A stretch of 64,000 nucleotides of DNA from Callorhinchus milii. Lineage: Eukaryota. The notes below the pieces were generated by a model. That model was not told the origin of the DNA. It worked only from the letters and a program-made list of their open reading frames with translations, and did no database searches. This document shows, in pieces, positions 1 through 11,897 of the stretch. The DNA is taken from assembly GCF_018977255.1 (NCBI RefSeq), contig NW_024704743.1, positions 50,284,001 to 50,348,000 of the forward strand, in the 5' to 3' direction. Made by a program: the position numbers and the translations under genes. Each line of letters begins with the position of its first letter. Positions within the stretch are counted from its first letter, which is position 1.

Positions 1-79
1 TTTTCTGTTCCTATTTCAGACTTTGACATATCTTATTCATTCCCTGAGTCCAGCTCCTTTGTTGGCTTCATGCTTTTCA

Positions 80-775
80 AATTCTGTTGTCTCATCCCTG
101 CGCATCCACAAACTCTCCAAACTGTGTGTAACATTCCCAGATTTCCTTTCTCCCTCTTATCTAATCCCCCTCACCAAGACCTTAACCTTCGCCACAATGC
201 TTGCCTCTGCCTCTATTCCACACTCACTGCTACTGAAATGCTTATTTAACCTTTGTCACACCCTGTTTAGACTTTTCCAATTCATTCTTTGCTGGTCTCC
301 CTAGCTCCACCATTCACAACCTGCAACTCATCCAAAACTCTGCCACCTGCATCCTCACCTACCTAAACTCTGCATATACACCATCTCAGTCCTTGCCAGT
401 CTTCACTGTCTCCCGGCAAATCAATTTCACTTAAAAATCCATCCCTGGTCTCCCTTATCTCTCAGATTTTCTCTTACGCTACTTCTCCATTTGGCCTCTC
501 CACTCAGCTAACTTGGACTTGCTGCTAGTCACATGTCCTTTCCAGGCCACCATCAGTGCTCTAATTATCATTTGCTACACTACAAACTTCTGGAATGGCC
601 TCAATTTACCACTCAGTTTCATCTCCTCTATTTTTGTCTTTACCCTGCCTCTTTATGAATACATCTATGGCCACATCCCTCTCCCCTTTGCTTGATGTTC
701 AGCCCCTGTGAAGTGCTTTCAGGTGTCCATCATCCTACATGAAGGATGCTAATAAATGCCAGATGTTGTTGTTTT
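80..775 (+). mobile_element. Old L2-clade LINE, 3' fragment
   Basis: Decayed L2 ORF2 C-terminal motifs (GLP-STIHNLQLIQNSATCIL), a pyrimidine-rich plus strand, and an L2-type tail ending gtgaagtgcttt...aataaatgccagatgttgttg. Confidence 0.75.
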
Positions 776-2334
776 TGACTCACAATTATTTATATTAGAT
801 ACACACTACAGAAATCTAAGGGGTACAGCAGTGGAACATCAATGTTAGCAACAACAGAAAACTGGCATAGCATTGGTCATTATTGTTAACACCTTAAAAA
901 TGCCACAAGTTACAGAATAATAGAAAAAGGATTGAACTTTTCAAACTGCAGTATGAGGTATAAATGGCAGCACTAGTATTGCACTATTGGCCAGTTACAG
1001 CAACATTTTCACTGTGCAATTGTTTCCTAGCACACTTACAATATCTAATTGTTATAACACATGGGATTCATTGTTACGTATTCCAGGAAACATTTATTGC
1101 AGCTCACAAACAGTGTCAATATCTTGCAATCCAACAATATAATCCTAATTAAAGTCACAGGACACCGAGATAATATATTTGAGGCCTAAAAAGCTGATAA
1201 CTCATCTTTCCACCTCCAGAGAAAGGATGTCAGTATCATATCACCGGAATCTGCTGGTAAGTCTAATTGCTGTCTGTTTCAGTTAGAAAATACTGTATAC
1301 TGTATTAATATAGGTGTATAGTATTCAATAACATACCTAATCACAGTGAGGAGGGTTGGGGGTGGAGAAATAAGATGTTTCACAACAGATAAAATGTGAT
1401 GATCAGATTAATTTTGATTAATTTTGTCCCAAAACATTGCATTTTGACTAATATTTAACAGTCTTACAAATCCTTCCTCAAACAATGTCCTCATCCGTTT
1501 GTTTCTCAATTTTTGTCTAAATTTAATTTGAAGTAATGAATGAATGAGCTTTCCTGTTATGTTCCAAGGCAGACTGGAGGCACCACGTCTGTACATCATA
1601 GGGCACAGTTGTACACCCCAAACTGTCTCATATGTCTCCTTATTGAGGTTTTACCAAATTGCTTCAAAATGATTGTAACATACCTGAAAGGAAGGGACAA
1701 CGGGCTTTACATGGGGAGTATGCACCAGTCTTTTCCCCCTCCCAGAATACAGGGTCTGGGACCTGCTCTGGTCGACGTGCTATTATCGATGTGGAAGGAC
1801 TATATGCACATTGGACAGATGCTGTTCCATTAGTCTGTTCTCCCAAGCATGTTGATTGAGACTTGCCTGCTTTAATAGCTACTTCAAAATGTTGACGCCA
1901 CCATGCAGTCTGATTATAATGAGCTGCACAGGAACAAGACAGTGTTGCATAATGTTATGCAATTTGGATAGGCACAGTTGGTGCACCAGATTGTCCTTCT
2001 AGTCAATCTGTTCACTGCACTGGTGAGAAAACAGCAGGTCTTCTTGCAGCTCCAGGACATTAACATTCAGAGCTTCCTTGAGCTTGCTGCAGTACAGACT
2101 GCAGGGTTTTGGTGCCAGAATCTAGCACTTTGTCTGATGTGCAGTCAGATCTAGAGCTAAACCTAATGGGAAGCCTATCAAATACTGGGTATTCTTAAGG
2201 CTCAATAGCCAATCCTTCATAATCTGTAAAAGATCAACTGTAAAATGGTTCTCAGATACAATTTATGCAAAACAATCACTAAAGTTACACAGGTTTCTAT
2301 AACTTATTTATATTGCTAAGTTAACGCTTACTGA

Positions 2335-2781
2335 GTCAGCCTGGCACAGTTGGTAGCACTCTTGTCTCTGAGTTAGAAGGTTGTGGTTCAAACAAATATT
2401 ATACCATGCCAGGACTTGGAACTGATATAGTCTAAGATGACATTTCTTGCAGTGCTGGGGGTGTGCTGCATTATCAGAGCGCTATCCTTTGGATGAAATG
2501 TTATACTGAGGCCCCATCTACCTGTTTAGGTGGACATTAAAGATCCCATGTCACTATTCAAAAAGAGAAGGGAGTTTTTATTTTGATGCCCTGCAATGCA
2601 TCAAAATAAAATTGTTCACTCACTCCATGGCTGTTTGTGAGACATTGCTGTGCACCAATTGGCTGCTGAGTTCACCTACAAAACGCACAGCAATCCCCTT
2701 TTCAGTATTTTCTGTGAAGCGCTTTGCGATGTCTCAATGATATGACATAAGGCAGTATATGGAATACAAGGATTATTATTA
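2335..2781 (+). mobile_element. Near full-length DeuSINE-type tRNA-derived SINE
   Basis: tRNA-like head (cagttggtagcactcttgtctctgagttagaaggttgtggttc), Deu-like core (aaagatcccatgtcactattcaaaaagagaagggag...gctgtttgtgagacattgctgtgcaccaattggctg), and a tail ending aaggattattatt. Confidence 0.8.
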
Positions 2782-3227
2782 CCTTTATATATTCTTATAA
2801 AAGTATAAACTAACTCATTTTAACAACTCAACAGTACATTTTGGCTCAATTTAATTTAACACAGTGATGCACTGAACTCCACTGTAGAGCCGTACACGAA
2901 ATGTTAATGGACAGAAGTCTAAGAGCTGGGCAGTGGCTCAAGCATTCGGCTGGTAATGATAAATGACACAGGAAGCCCTGGAGAAGAGAAAATAGGAAAT
3001 AATAAACTTCTAATTGTCAACGATTCTATTATAATGGACTCAAAGCTGATCTGCACCTGACCACTGGACTGTGATTCCATGGAATACCATGACTCTTTAT
3101 TGAGTTAAACTGATACAGAGAGTTAACTGGCAAGTCTGTTTAGACTCAGAGGACCAGTTTCAAGCGCAACCATTGTGAATGAGTTTTGTCAGAATGGAGG
3201 TTATTGGAAGCCTCATTGATCACATCT

Positions 3228-3683
3228 AATAATAATGATGATTACAATAATAATCATCCTTATATATGATATTGCACCTTTCACATTAGAAGGATATCTC
3301 AAAGTGCTTTACCAGATTTACTGTAAAATGCAGTGGCTGTGTATTTTGGAAGCAAATGTGGCAGCCAATTTGTACAATGTCCCACAAATAACCATAAAAT
3401 AAATGGCCAGTTTTAATTGAGGTATTGTTGGCCAGGATCCCGGTAGAAATTGCCTTCTCTTTTTGAATAGGACCCATGGGAATGTGGCAGACAGCAACTC
3501 AATTTAACATGTCATCTGAAAAATGGTACCTCTAACAATGCAGAACACCCCCAGCATTGAATTGGAGAGTCAGCCTACCTAGACTATGTGAGTTTATAGA
3601 CCTAAATCAGAAGAATGTGTGGCTTGAACCCACAATCTTTTGATTTAGAAGGAAGAGTGCTACCAACTAAGCCAGCCTGACAC
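3228..3683 (-). mobile_element. DeuSINE-type SINE
   Basis: Reverse complement of the same head, Deu core and (TTA)n tail seen at 2335-2781. Confidence 0.8.
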
Positions 3684-4560
3684 AAAATTTATCCATGTTG
3701 TGATCATTTGGATTGGCAACTTAACAATGTGTTTATTATCAACAGTAATACTTGGCACATCACATGTTGCCCTTTTCAACCCGATATTTATTTTGGAAGT
3801 AGAGCAGGAAGCTATCTCGGACTCAAACCAACTCGACCAATATCAGTATCTCCTTTCCTATGTTCTATTCTCAATATCCTTTTGGACTTGAAACTAAAAC
3901 CACTTGTCATCGTGCTGAACTGAGAGTCACACACTCACAGCTGGCCAATAAAAGAGTTAAACAGCACAATGCAAAATGGTCATTTGCAACACCCACACAC
4001 CACCCACACACTCACACACACATACACCTAAACAATATTATTCAATTTCTGTAAAGTTAAAGGTGCTGTTTGAGTCATCTTTCAGTCAGGCAACTTCATG
4101 GAAAGACGAATGCTGTAACTACTGACAGAAGTGAATCATCCTGTGTGTGCGTATGGAGACATCCTTGGTGTTAACTATATGTGAAGCATACGCGTTTTCT
4201 GCAACAAATGTAAGAAGGATATTTTCCAAATTTCAATGATTATCTCCTGCTGATAACAATCCGAGCGACCCAGTGTTAAGTTTTGTGAATTCATGCAAAT
4301 TGAACGACTTAATGGGAAATGAATCACTTGGGATGCTGGTAACAGTAAATCAGGGAGAATGATATGTAAATCTCAGATCATATTTCAGTGAATATTCAGG
4401 ACAAGATGATATTATTAAAATTCCCCCAACCACAACCAGCAACTTCAGCAAGTCAAAAGGTCTTCGTCAGATACGTCCAATATACACAGTGATGTTGAAA
4501 CATTGATGGTAGTACATAATCAAGGTCACAAAAAGGTCAAAGAAGAAACTGGGATTTGAG

Positions 4561-4880
4561 AATAATAATAATAATAATCCTTGCATTTGATATAGCACTT
4601 TTCACGTTGGGAGGATGTCCCAAAGCGCTACACAGAACACACTGTAAAGTGAATTGACTGTATATTTGTGGGCGAACGTGGCAGCCAATTGCGCACAGCA
4701 ATGTCCCACAAACAGTTGTGGATTGAAAATAACCAATTTATTATTGTTTTTGGTTTTGGAAGGATTATTATTAGGCGTGTGGAGTAAGGAAACTTGCCCA
4801 AGGTTTCACCCTGCCTGGAATTGAACTCAGGTCTCTCACTTGCAAAGCGAGTGCTCTAACCACTGAGCTACAGGACTCCA
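4561..4880 (-). mobile_element. Young tRNA-Ala-headed SINE, short form, CTCCC-loop subfamily
   Basis: Minus strand begins TGGAGTCCTGTAGCTCAGTGGTTAGAGCACTCGCTTTGCAAG, with A and B boxes. It continues through a partial Deu segment, an L2-like stem-loop and a (TTA)n tail. Confidence 0.9.
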
Positions 4881-5146
4881 CGGAAATATTTTGAGTGCTG
4901 GAGACAAAGAATGGGTTTGATGGGAGAAGACCATAAACCACTGACTCTGCAGTTTCCTTTACAACCGTTTTTTTTTAAAAAAATTCCCATATTATTTCCC
5001 CTAAATATTTCCCCTCTACCTGCAATTTCCTTTTCTTTCTTGAACACACTAACTAATAATATAAGTAATCCTTGCATTTGTTACAGTGCTTTATCATATC
5101 GAAATGTCTCAAAATGCTTCACAGAGTTGTTCTGTAAAATGTAGTA

Positions 5147-5743
5147 CAGTACCTCTATAAAACCTTGGTTAGACCACACTTAGAATACTGTGTGCAGTTC
5201 TGGTTCCCACGTTATAGAAGGGATGTAAAGGCATTGGAGAGGGTGCAAAGGAGATTCACAAGGATGATCCCAGAATTGAGAGGTTATACCTACCAGGAAA
5301 GGCTGAACATGCTTGGACTCTTCTCTTGAAAAGAGGAGGGTAAGGGGTGACCTGATAGAGGTCTTTAAAATGATGAAAGGTTTTGATAGGGTAGACATAG
5401 GGAAGATGTTTCCACTTGTGGGGGAGACCAAAACCAGTGGCCATCAAAATAAAATAGTCACAATAGATCAAATAGAGAAGTTAGAAGACATTTCTTCACA
5501 CAGAGAGTAGTGGGAATGTGGAACATGCTATCACAAGGAGTTGTTGAGGCAAATAGCATAGATGTATTTAAGGAGAAGCTTGATAGGGACATGAGGGAGA
5601 AAGGAATAGAAGGTTATGCTTGAAGGCTTAGTTGAGGAAGGACAGGAGGAGGTTCATGTAGAGCATAAACAACGGCATAGACCAGTTGGCTGAATGGCCT
5701 GTTTCTGTGCTGTATATTCTAATGTATTCTAATGTATTCTAAT
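5147..5743 (+). mobile_element. CR1-clade LINE 3' end, nested in a minus-strand SINE tail
   Basis: Encodes LYKTLVRPHLEYCVQFW...LERVQRRFTRMIP, then after a frameshift LEKRRVRGDLIEVFKMMKGFDRVD. Ends in (ATTCTAATGT)n. SINE sequence flanks it at 5055-5144 and 5743-5762. Confidence 0.92.
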
Positions 5744-5934
5744 TGTATATTTGTAGGCGAACTAACTGGAATACTATCTCCTAGATGTGTGTTGCCTTAC
5801 CTAAGACTGCAGTCTGTGAGTTCATTTGGTTATTTGTGGAGGGGAAACACAGCAGCGGCAGCTTGGTGGAAAATTAATAAGTTAATAGCACTCTCACATC
5901 TGCACCATAAAATTGTGAATTAAATTTCCAATTC

Positions 5935-6232
5935 AGGATTGTCAGAAGTGCCATTCTCCAGATAAAATGTTAAACCAAGGATCCCTGTTCAGGCGGATCT
6001 TAAGGATCCTAATGATACTATTTGAAAGGCGAAAGGGGTTTCTCCCAATGTCCTGACCAACAATCCTCCAGAAAATAATTGGTCATTTACTTCATGGTAA
6101 TTTGTGTGACCTGCTGTGTGCAAATTGGCTGCCGCATTTTCCCACAAATATACATCACTCCACTTGACAGCAATTGCCTTTGAGACGTTCTGACATTATA
6201 GGCATTATATCAAATGTAAGGATCATTTTTAT
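5935..6232 (+). mobile_element. DeuSINE-type fragment (core and tail)
   Basis: Contains gctgtgtgcaaattggctgccgcattt and the tail aaatgtaaggatc. Confidence 0.75.
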
Positions 6233-6234
6233 AA

Positions 6235-6450
6235 CCAATCCTGCCCTGACTGACATGTGCATTTTGAATCAGGTTCACTGGATAGCAATCACGAGTGAGA
6301 ACCACGTTTAAACTTTCTTCTTTCTAGCTCAGTGGAACTGCGGCTATATCTAATACCCACATTGCTGTCCTGATCAAATCAACTAACAGCACAGCTTGGG
6401 ATCAGACCTGTGACTTGCTAAGTTTATATGGATTTGTTTCACACTAGGCT
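6235..6450 (-). mobile_element. Old SINE-like family X fragment
   Basis: tcactggatagcaa and adjacent motifs are shared with 22600-22975, and in weaker form with 47040-47265. Confidence 0.5.
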
Positions 6451-6567
6451 TTATGAATTATTAAAAACGTATATAAAATAATATCATTCACTGTGTACAG
6501 ATCTTAACCACAGGTAAGATAGGGAAACATATTTGTTCTAATATATATATATACTGTGTGTCCACAG

Positions 6568-6820
6568 TGTTAGAGTAATGAGCTCTGAGCTACAGTTAGA
6601 CAAGCTTCAATCTTGAAAGGAGATGTTTCAGAGGGGACCCAATAGAGGTGTATAAATAGAATTGAAAAAATAAACTCCGAACAATACTTTTGAATGCACC
6701 AAGACAGTAGGAAAAGAGCACATAGGTTTAGAATTGTAAATGGCAATGTCAGGACACACACCAGTTTTTCTTCACTCAGAGGATAATTCACAACTGGAAC
6801 AGGTTGTGAGGAAGAATGGT
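6568..6820 (+). mobile_element. Old CR1 fragment, left part (continues at 8275-8390)
   Basis: Colinear with the CR1 at 44085-44705 (gcaccaagaca...cataggtttaga...gtaaatggcaat). Confidence 0.75.
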
Positions 6821-8274
6821 TAACAACAACAACAACAACAAGATTCCATTTATAGAGCGCCTTTCACGTCGGGAGGACGTCCCAAGGCGCTTTACAGTTG
6901 GGTCAGGACCCGAGCAGGGGGAAAATGGTCAGGATGAGGGGAGGGAAGGGAGGGAGCGAGGAGGGGGTAGAGAGTCGAGAGGGGAGCTGAAGGCACGGTC
7001 AAAGAGAAAGGTCTTGAGACCGGCCTTGAAGGAGGAAAGGGAGGAGGCGGCGAAGGCACTGGGGGATGGAGTTCCAGAGCCTCGGGGCTGAGAGGGTGAA
7101 GACCCTGCCACCGATGGTAGGTCGGTTGGGGTGGGGGATGTGGAGCAGACCGGAGCCAGAGGAACGGAGGGTACGGGCAGGTAGGTAGGGGGATAGTAGG
7201 TCGGAGAGGTAGGAGGGAGCGAGGCCGTGAATGGCCTTGTAGGTGAGGATGAGGATCTTGAAATCGATCCTCTGGGGGATGGGGAGCCAGTGGAGGCGAG
7301 CGAGGGTGGGAGTGATGTGTTCCCGAAGCCTGGTGCGGGACAGTACACGAGCTGCAGAGTTCTGAATGACCTGCAGCTTGTGGAGGGAGGTGCCGGGAAG
7401 GCCGGCGAGGAGAGAGTTCCCGTAGTCCAGCCTTGAGGTGATAAAGGCGTGGACCAGGGTTTCAGCAGCGTGAGGGGTGAGGTAGTGCCGTAGTCTGGCG
7501 ATATTCCGGAGGTGATGGAAGGCGGTGCCAGTTGTGGCGCGGATATGAGGAAGAAAGGACAGCTCAGGGTTGAACAGAACGCCGAGGTTCCTGACTGGCT
7601 TTGAGAGGTGGAGAGTGCAGCCTTGGATGCTGATGCTGTCAGCGCCTGAGGTGCGGAGGCGCTGACGTGAGCCAATCAGGAGGGCCTCAGTTTTACGCAC
7701 GTTGAGCTGAAGAAAGTTGTCTCTTGTCCAGGACTCGATGTCGGACAGGCAGCTGTCAGGATATCGGTGGTCGTGGAGTTGAGGGTAGAGGAGGAAAGGT
7801 AGAGTTGGGTGTCATCCGCATACATGTGGAAGTTAACCCCATATCTGCGGATGATGTCACCAGGGGGAGCATATAGAGGGTGAAGAGGAGGGGACCGAGG
7901 ACAGAGCCTTGAGGGACACCGCACGAGACAGTGCGGGGGCCGGAGGAAAAAGCATTCGTGGAAACAAAGTGAAGACGATGGGAGAGGTACAACCTAAACC
8001 ACTCAAGGACAGGGCCTTGAAGGTTGAGATGGGAGGACAAGCGGTGGAGGAGGATAGCGTGGTCGACCGTATCGAATGCTGCCAATAGGTCGAGGAGGAT
8101 GAGGAGGCAGAGGGAGCCCTGGTCACAGATGGTCAGGATGTCATTGGTGACCTTGACCAGGGCAGTTTCTGTGCTATGGGCAGCACGGAAACCAGACTGA
8201 AGGGGTTCGAATAATGAATGGGTGGAGAGGAAAGAGCGAAGCTGGGAGGCGACAACTCGTTCCAGGACCTTGGA
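6821..8274 (-). mobile_element. Young 5'-truncated L2-clade LINE (RT domain to 3' tail)
   Basis: Encodes QSGFRAAHSTETAL, LDL-AAFDTVDH, GVPQGSVLGPLLF, HMYADDTQLY, SRLDYGNSLLAGLP and LHWLPIPQRIDFKIL with a few frameshifts. CpG-rich, with a 3' stem-loop and (TTG)n tail. Confidence 0.95.
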
Positions 8275-8390
8275 CTAGGGGACTGGAGGTATTTAAAAAA
8301 ACAGCTGGTTGCTTTAATGTCAGGTGCGTATTCTAGAAGGATGAGATCAAATGGGCTGAAGGGCCTTCTTGAATCACACCAATCTCGTGT
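8275..8390 (+). mobile_element. Old CR1 fragment, right part
   Basis: aaacagctggttgct...ggatgagatcaaatgggctgaagg matches 44600-44690. Confidence 0.7.
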
Positions 8391-8719
8391 TCTCTGGTAA
8401 TCTAAGTGCTTGATTTTACACATTCAATTATTAAATAATTAAATGATTGCAGTGAATAAACTTGTTCACCCTGAAGATTTCAGGTAGCCATGCAGCATCA
8501 CTTCCATAGTTGGCCCCTAAAATGCAATGCAATGGGGTCAGTTTAGCAGTATGAACACCCTCCACCCCCCTGAATACCACAAATAGACCACTGCAAATAA
8601 TGTCCTGCTCCATACATTGTATGATAAGAGCCTGAGGTAAACATAAAAAGAATCTTTGGATGGTTCTTTTAGTGAATTCATTGCCCTGTGTAAAACAGAG
8701 CCAGAAGACATGGAAGGCC

Positions 8720-8822
8720 CGACTCCTGGTCCAAAAAGTGCCTGTGAGTTGATGTGGGATGAAGATGGGACTGACCTCATCTGTGAAACAATCAAAGCTT
8801 GCTGACACTCACTGTCTAGACT
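8720..8822 (+). mobile_element. Old SINE-like family X fragment
   Basis: gctgacactcactgtc matches gctgacactcactatc near 16395. Confidence 0.5.
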
Positions 8823-8889
8823 TTTTCGTCAGCAAACAAAATAAATGTTCAAATGATTGAATATTTTTTGATTTATGCTATAAATAAAT

Positions 8890-9253
8890 CATCCTTGCCA
8901 AGCTCTACTAGCTTCCTGTACCCCAAGAACATTGTCCTGATCTTCATATCCCTTCACGATCTTGCCCTCCATCTCTGTAATTTCCTCCAGCCCAATTCCC
9001 TTCCCATATCCTCTGCTGCTCATTTCTCACTCCATCTATTCCACCATCAGTGGCCAATCCTTCAGACACTACATCACCCCCTCTCTGCAATTCACTTCCA
9101 ATATCCCTTCATTTGGTGCCTTCTCCTTGTATCTTTAAAACCCTCCTAAAATGTATCAGTTAGACTGTAGCGATGGTCAACACTCTAATTTTCCCGTTCC
9201 TTTTCTTTCTGCTTGGTGATCCTCATCCTCTTTGTGAAACACTTTGAGATATT
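8890..9253 (+). mobile_element. Old L2 3' fragment (tail completed at 9757-9792)
   Basis: Decayed L2 3' region. Its tail gtgaaacactttgagatatt...catcttaggtgaaagctgctacataag is split by a younger L2. Confidence 0.65.
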
Positions 9254-9756
9254 TACGACCACATCACTCCCACGCTCGCTCGCCTCCACTGGCTCCCCAT
9301 CCCTCAGAGGATCGAATTCAAGACGCTCATCCTCACCTACAAGGCCATTCACGGCCTCGCTCCCTCCTACCTCTCTGACCTACTATCCCCTACTTACCTG
9401 TCCATACCCTCCGTTCCTCTAGCTCCGGTCTGCTCCACATCCCCCGCCCCAACCGCTCTACCATCGGTGGCCGGGCCATCAGCCTCTCAGCCCCCAGGCT
9501 CTGGAACTCCATCCCCCAGGGCCTTTGCCGCCTCCTTCCTTTCCTCCTTCAAGGCCGGTCTCAAGACCTTTCTCTTTGACCGTGCCTTCAACTCCCCTCT
9601 CGACTCTCTACCCCTTCCTCGCCCCCTCCCTTCCCTCCCCTCACCCTGACCATTTCCCCTCTGCTCGGGTCCTGACCCAACTGTACAGCGCCTTGGGACG
9701 TTCTCCCGACGTGAAAGGCGCTCTATAAATGGAATCTTGTTGTTGTTGTTGTTGTT
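9254..9756 (+). mobile_element. Young L2 LINE 3' end
   Basis: Encodes LHWLPIPQRIEFK; carries the stem-loop and (TTG)n tail. Very similar to the reverse complement of 6821-7320. Flanked by a GATATT direct repeat. Confidence 0.95.
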
Positions 9757-10429
9757 GATATTCATCTTAGGTGAAAGCTGCTACATAAGTGTGATGAGAT
9801 GTTGTTTTAATCAGAGGTATCATAGGGTAGCTAATGCCAGTGTAACAACTCAGTGTAACTCAGTCCCTTCCCGAAAGAAAATGGCAGGGAGGAAAGTAAA
9901 GAAGTTTTGCGAGACAGTTGTGTAGCACCTACCACAACGCACGCCAGGTTAGCAGTAGGCAATGACTCACCCGACCTACGTGGTAGATGAGGAAAATGGG
10001 AAGCATCACCACTTTTATTGTTAAGAGCACTTAAAGAAATCACAGAGGCAGTTCTGTATTCAGTGGAGATTTTTACAAATGATCTGAATGCAAAATCATT
10101 TTCTTTTTAAAAGCAAAATTCTGAATACCGCTGCCACGTAGAATACAATATCTCACAGCAGTGGTGGGCTGAGAGTGGAATCTCTGAGCTTGTATCTCTG
10201 ATTGTTTCGTCAACCATAATAAATACAGATCACTGAAGCAGGACTAGAAAAACAATGAGCTTTATTTTGCACTGGTATTCGAAACCCCAACTGGCTCCAT
10301 TCTGTTTTCTGTAACACTTGCTTTTATTTCTAGCTACTACTAATAATATGTTTGTTACTTTTTAAGTTATTATTATTACTAGACTTTAGTGATTTTATCC
10401 AGTAAGTCGCTAAGTTATACGGATTGGAA

Positions 10430-10770
10430 ATTGTCCCAGCTTCGTTCAGCGTTGTTAGCTGGTCTCAGCTGTGGAAACAGTAGGTGTGCTATGAGGGCTC
10501 AGAACTGTGGGTTAGGGAACAGCCGCATTTCCTGATTCTAATTGTTACTCAGTGCCCCTTTGCTGGCAGTACGAGTGTGTGTGAGCCTTGGGACTTGACT
10601 GAGATGACACCTATGGTCAAGAACCTGATGGCACTCACTGACAAGGTCCCCCCCACTCCCCCCTCCAACACACACACACACACATTTCACTTCAATAATG
10701 AGAAGTTACAAACTGGAGGAGAACTGTGGCCAATCAAACTGTAACCCAGTGATGAGAATACAGGAATTAC
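10430..10770 (+). mobile_element. Old SINE-like family X copy
   Basis: Contains ttagctggtctcagc...cagtgcccctttgctggcagt...gcactcactgacaagg, similar to 16290-16450. Confidence 0.55.
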
Positions 10771-11448
10771 AGGCTGTCTTGAGTAAAAGGGTGAGGAGAG
10801 AAAATTATTACAGAAATTATTAAGGTGGGGAGGTGGTGGGGTGGGGGGAAGGAATGGCAGCTAGTCTTTGGCTGCAGGAGTGCAGCTGTGATTAAAAAGA
10901 AAATTAATCTTTCATTTTGTTTGTGAATCTTGACGTTATTTGCCGGGTTTTTTCTACAATTTTTGTTTACAAGATTATCTGCATTATCAAACAATAAAAG
11001 CCATCAGTCACTTATAAAAGTATTGCTTCTTTATACTTGGTGTCAGCGTTCTGACTTACTATTTTTCAACACAGCTCGATCCATTTCTGGACATTCAATG
11101 GAATTATTGACATCCTGCACAATGGGCAAGCAGCAAAGCTTGATATCAAAGGGTTGAATCCAGTCTGCTTGGCCCCTGCACAGTACTTGCAAACCTCCTT
11201 TGCTTCAGCTCTCGTTGCCATGTGAACGATCCTGTTAACAATGGTTTGCTATATAACTGTCTTGGGGGAAAAAATGTGTCCTACAGTGTGGTTTGACAGA
11301 CAATGAATATTCATGTAGTTAATGAGGGGTTACAATAGTGCAATAGTATTGGATTTTTTAATTTATTTTGTTTTTCTTTGAATTGAATTCACCATGGACT
11401 TAAATAGACTCCTGTACAGCAGGCTAATAAAAGATATAACATAGTCTT

Positions 11449-11511
11449 AATAATAATAATAATAATCCTTGCATTTGATATAGTGCCTTATCACGTCTTC
11501 AAGATGTCTCA
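11449..11511 (-). mobile_element. SINE 3' tail fragment
   Basis: (AAT)n followed by ccttgcatttgatatagtgccttatcacgtc. Confidence 0.75.
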
Positions 11512-11897
11512 TTTGACGTCTTGTACACACTCTGAGGACTGATGCCCCTGTGTTAAAATGCACTTATAATCTACTCGTGCTCAGAAGTTAGTTAAAAAAT
11601 GCTTAATTTCTGATAGTGATTCCAAAAATAAACCCACTGACATAGAAAGACTGAACTTTAAGCCGAGTTGTCAAGAATTTGTTCAGTCTTTATGTGATAG
11701 TAGGATACTAAACAGAGACCACAATACAACACTCCAGTTTGACCTCAACATTCCCTCGAAAAGAATAACAGCAGCTACACATACTGAACACAGGGTATTT
11801 TTTTATTCTGGCTGGTAGCAAGTGATTGCTGGTTATGTATTGTTTATGCCTTTATCTCCCCAGAGACTCAGATCATGAAGATCTGTGTACAGAATAT

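Noticed and set aside
6929..8126. Long ORFs (248, 233 and 109 aa) as host genes or an active RT
   Set aside because: They are frameshifted pieces and alternative frames of a 5'-truncated L2 with no endonuclease domain.
8431..8808. 125-aa and 85-aa ORFs
   Set aside because: I recognise no homology, and part of the region is a family X repeat fragment.
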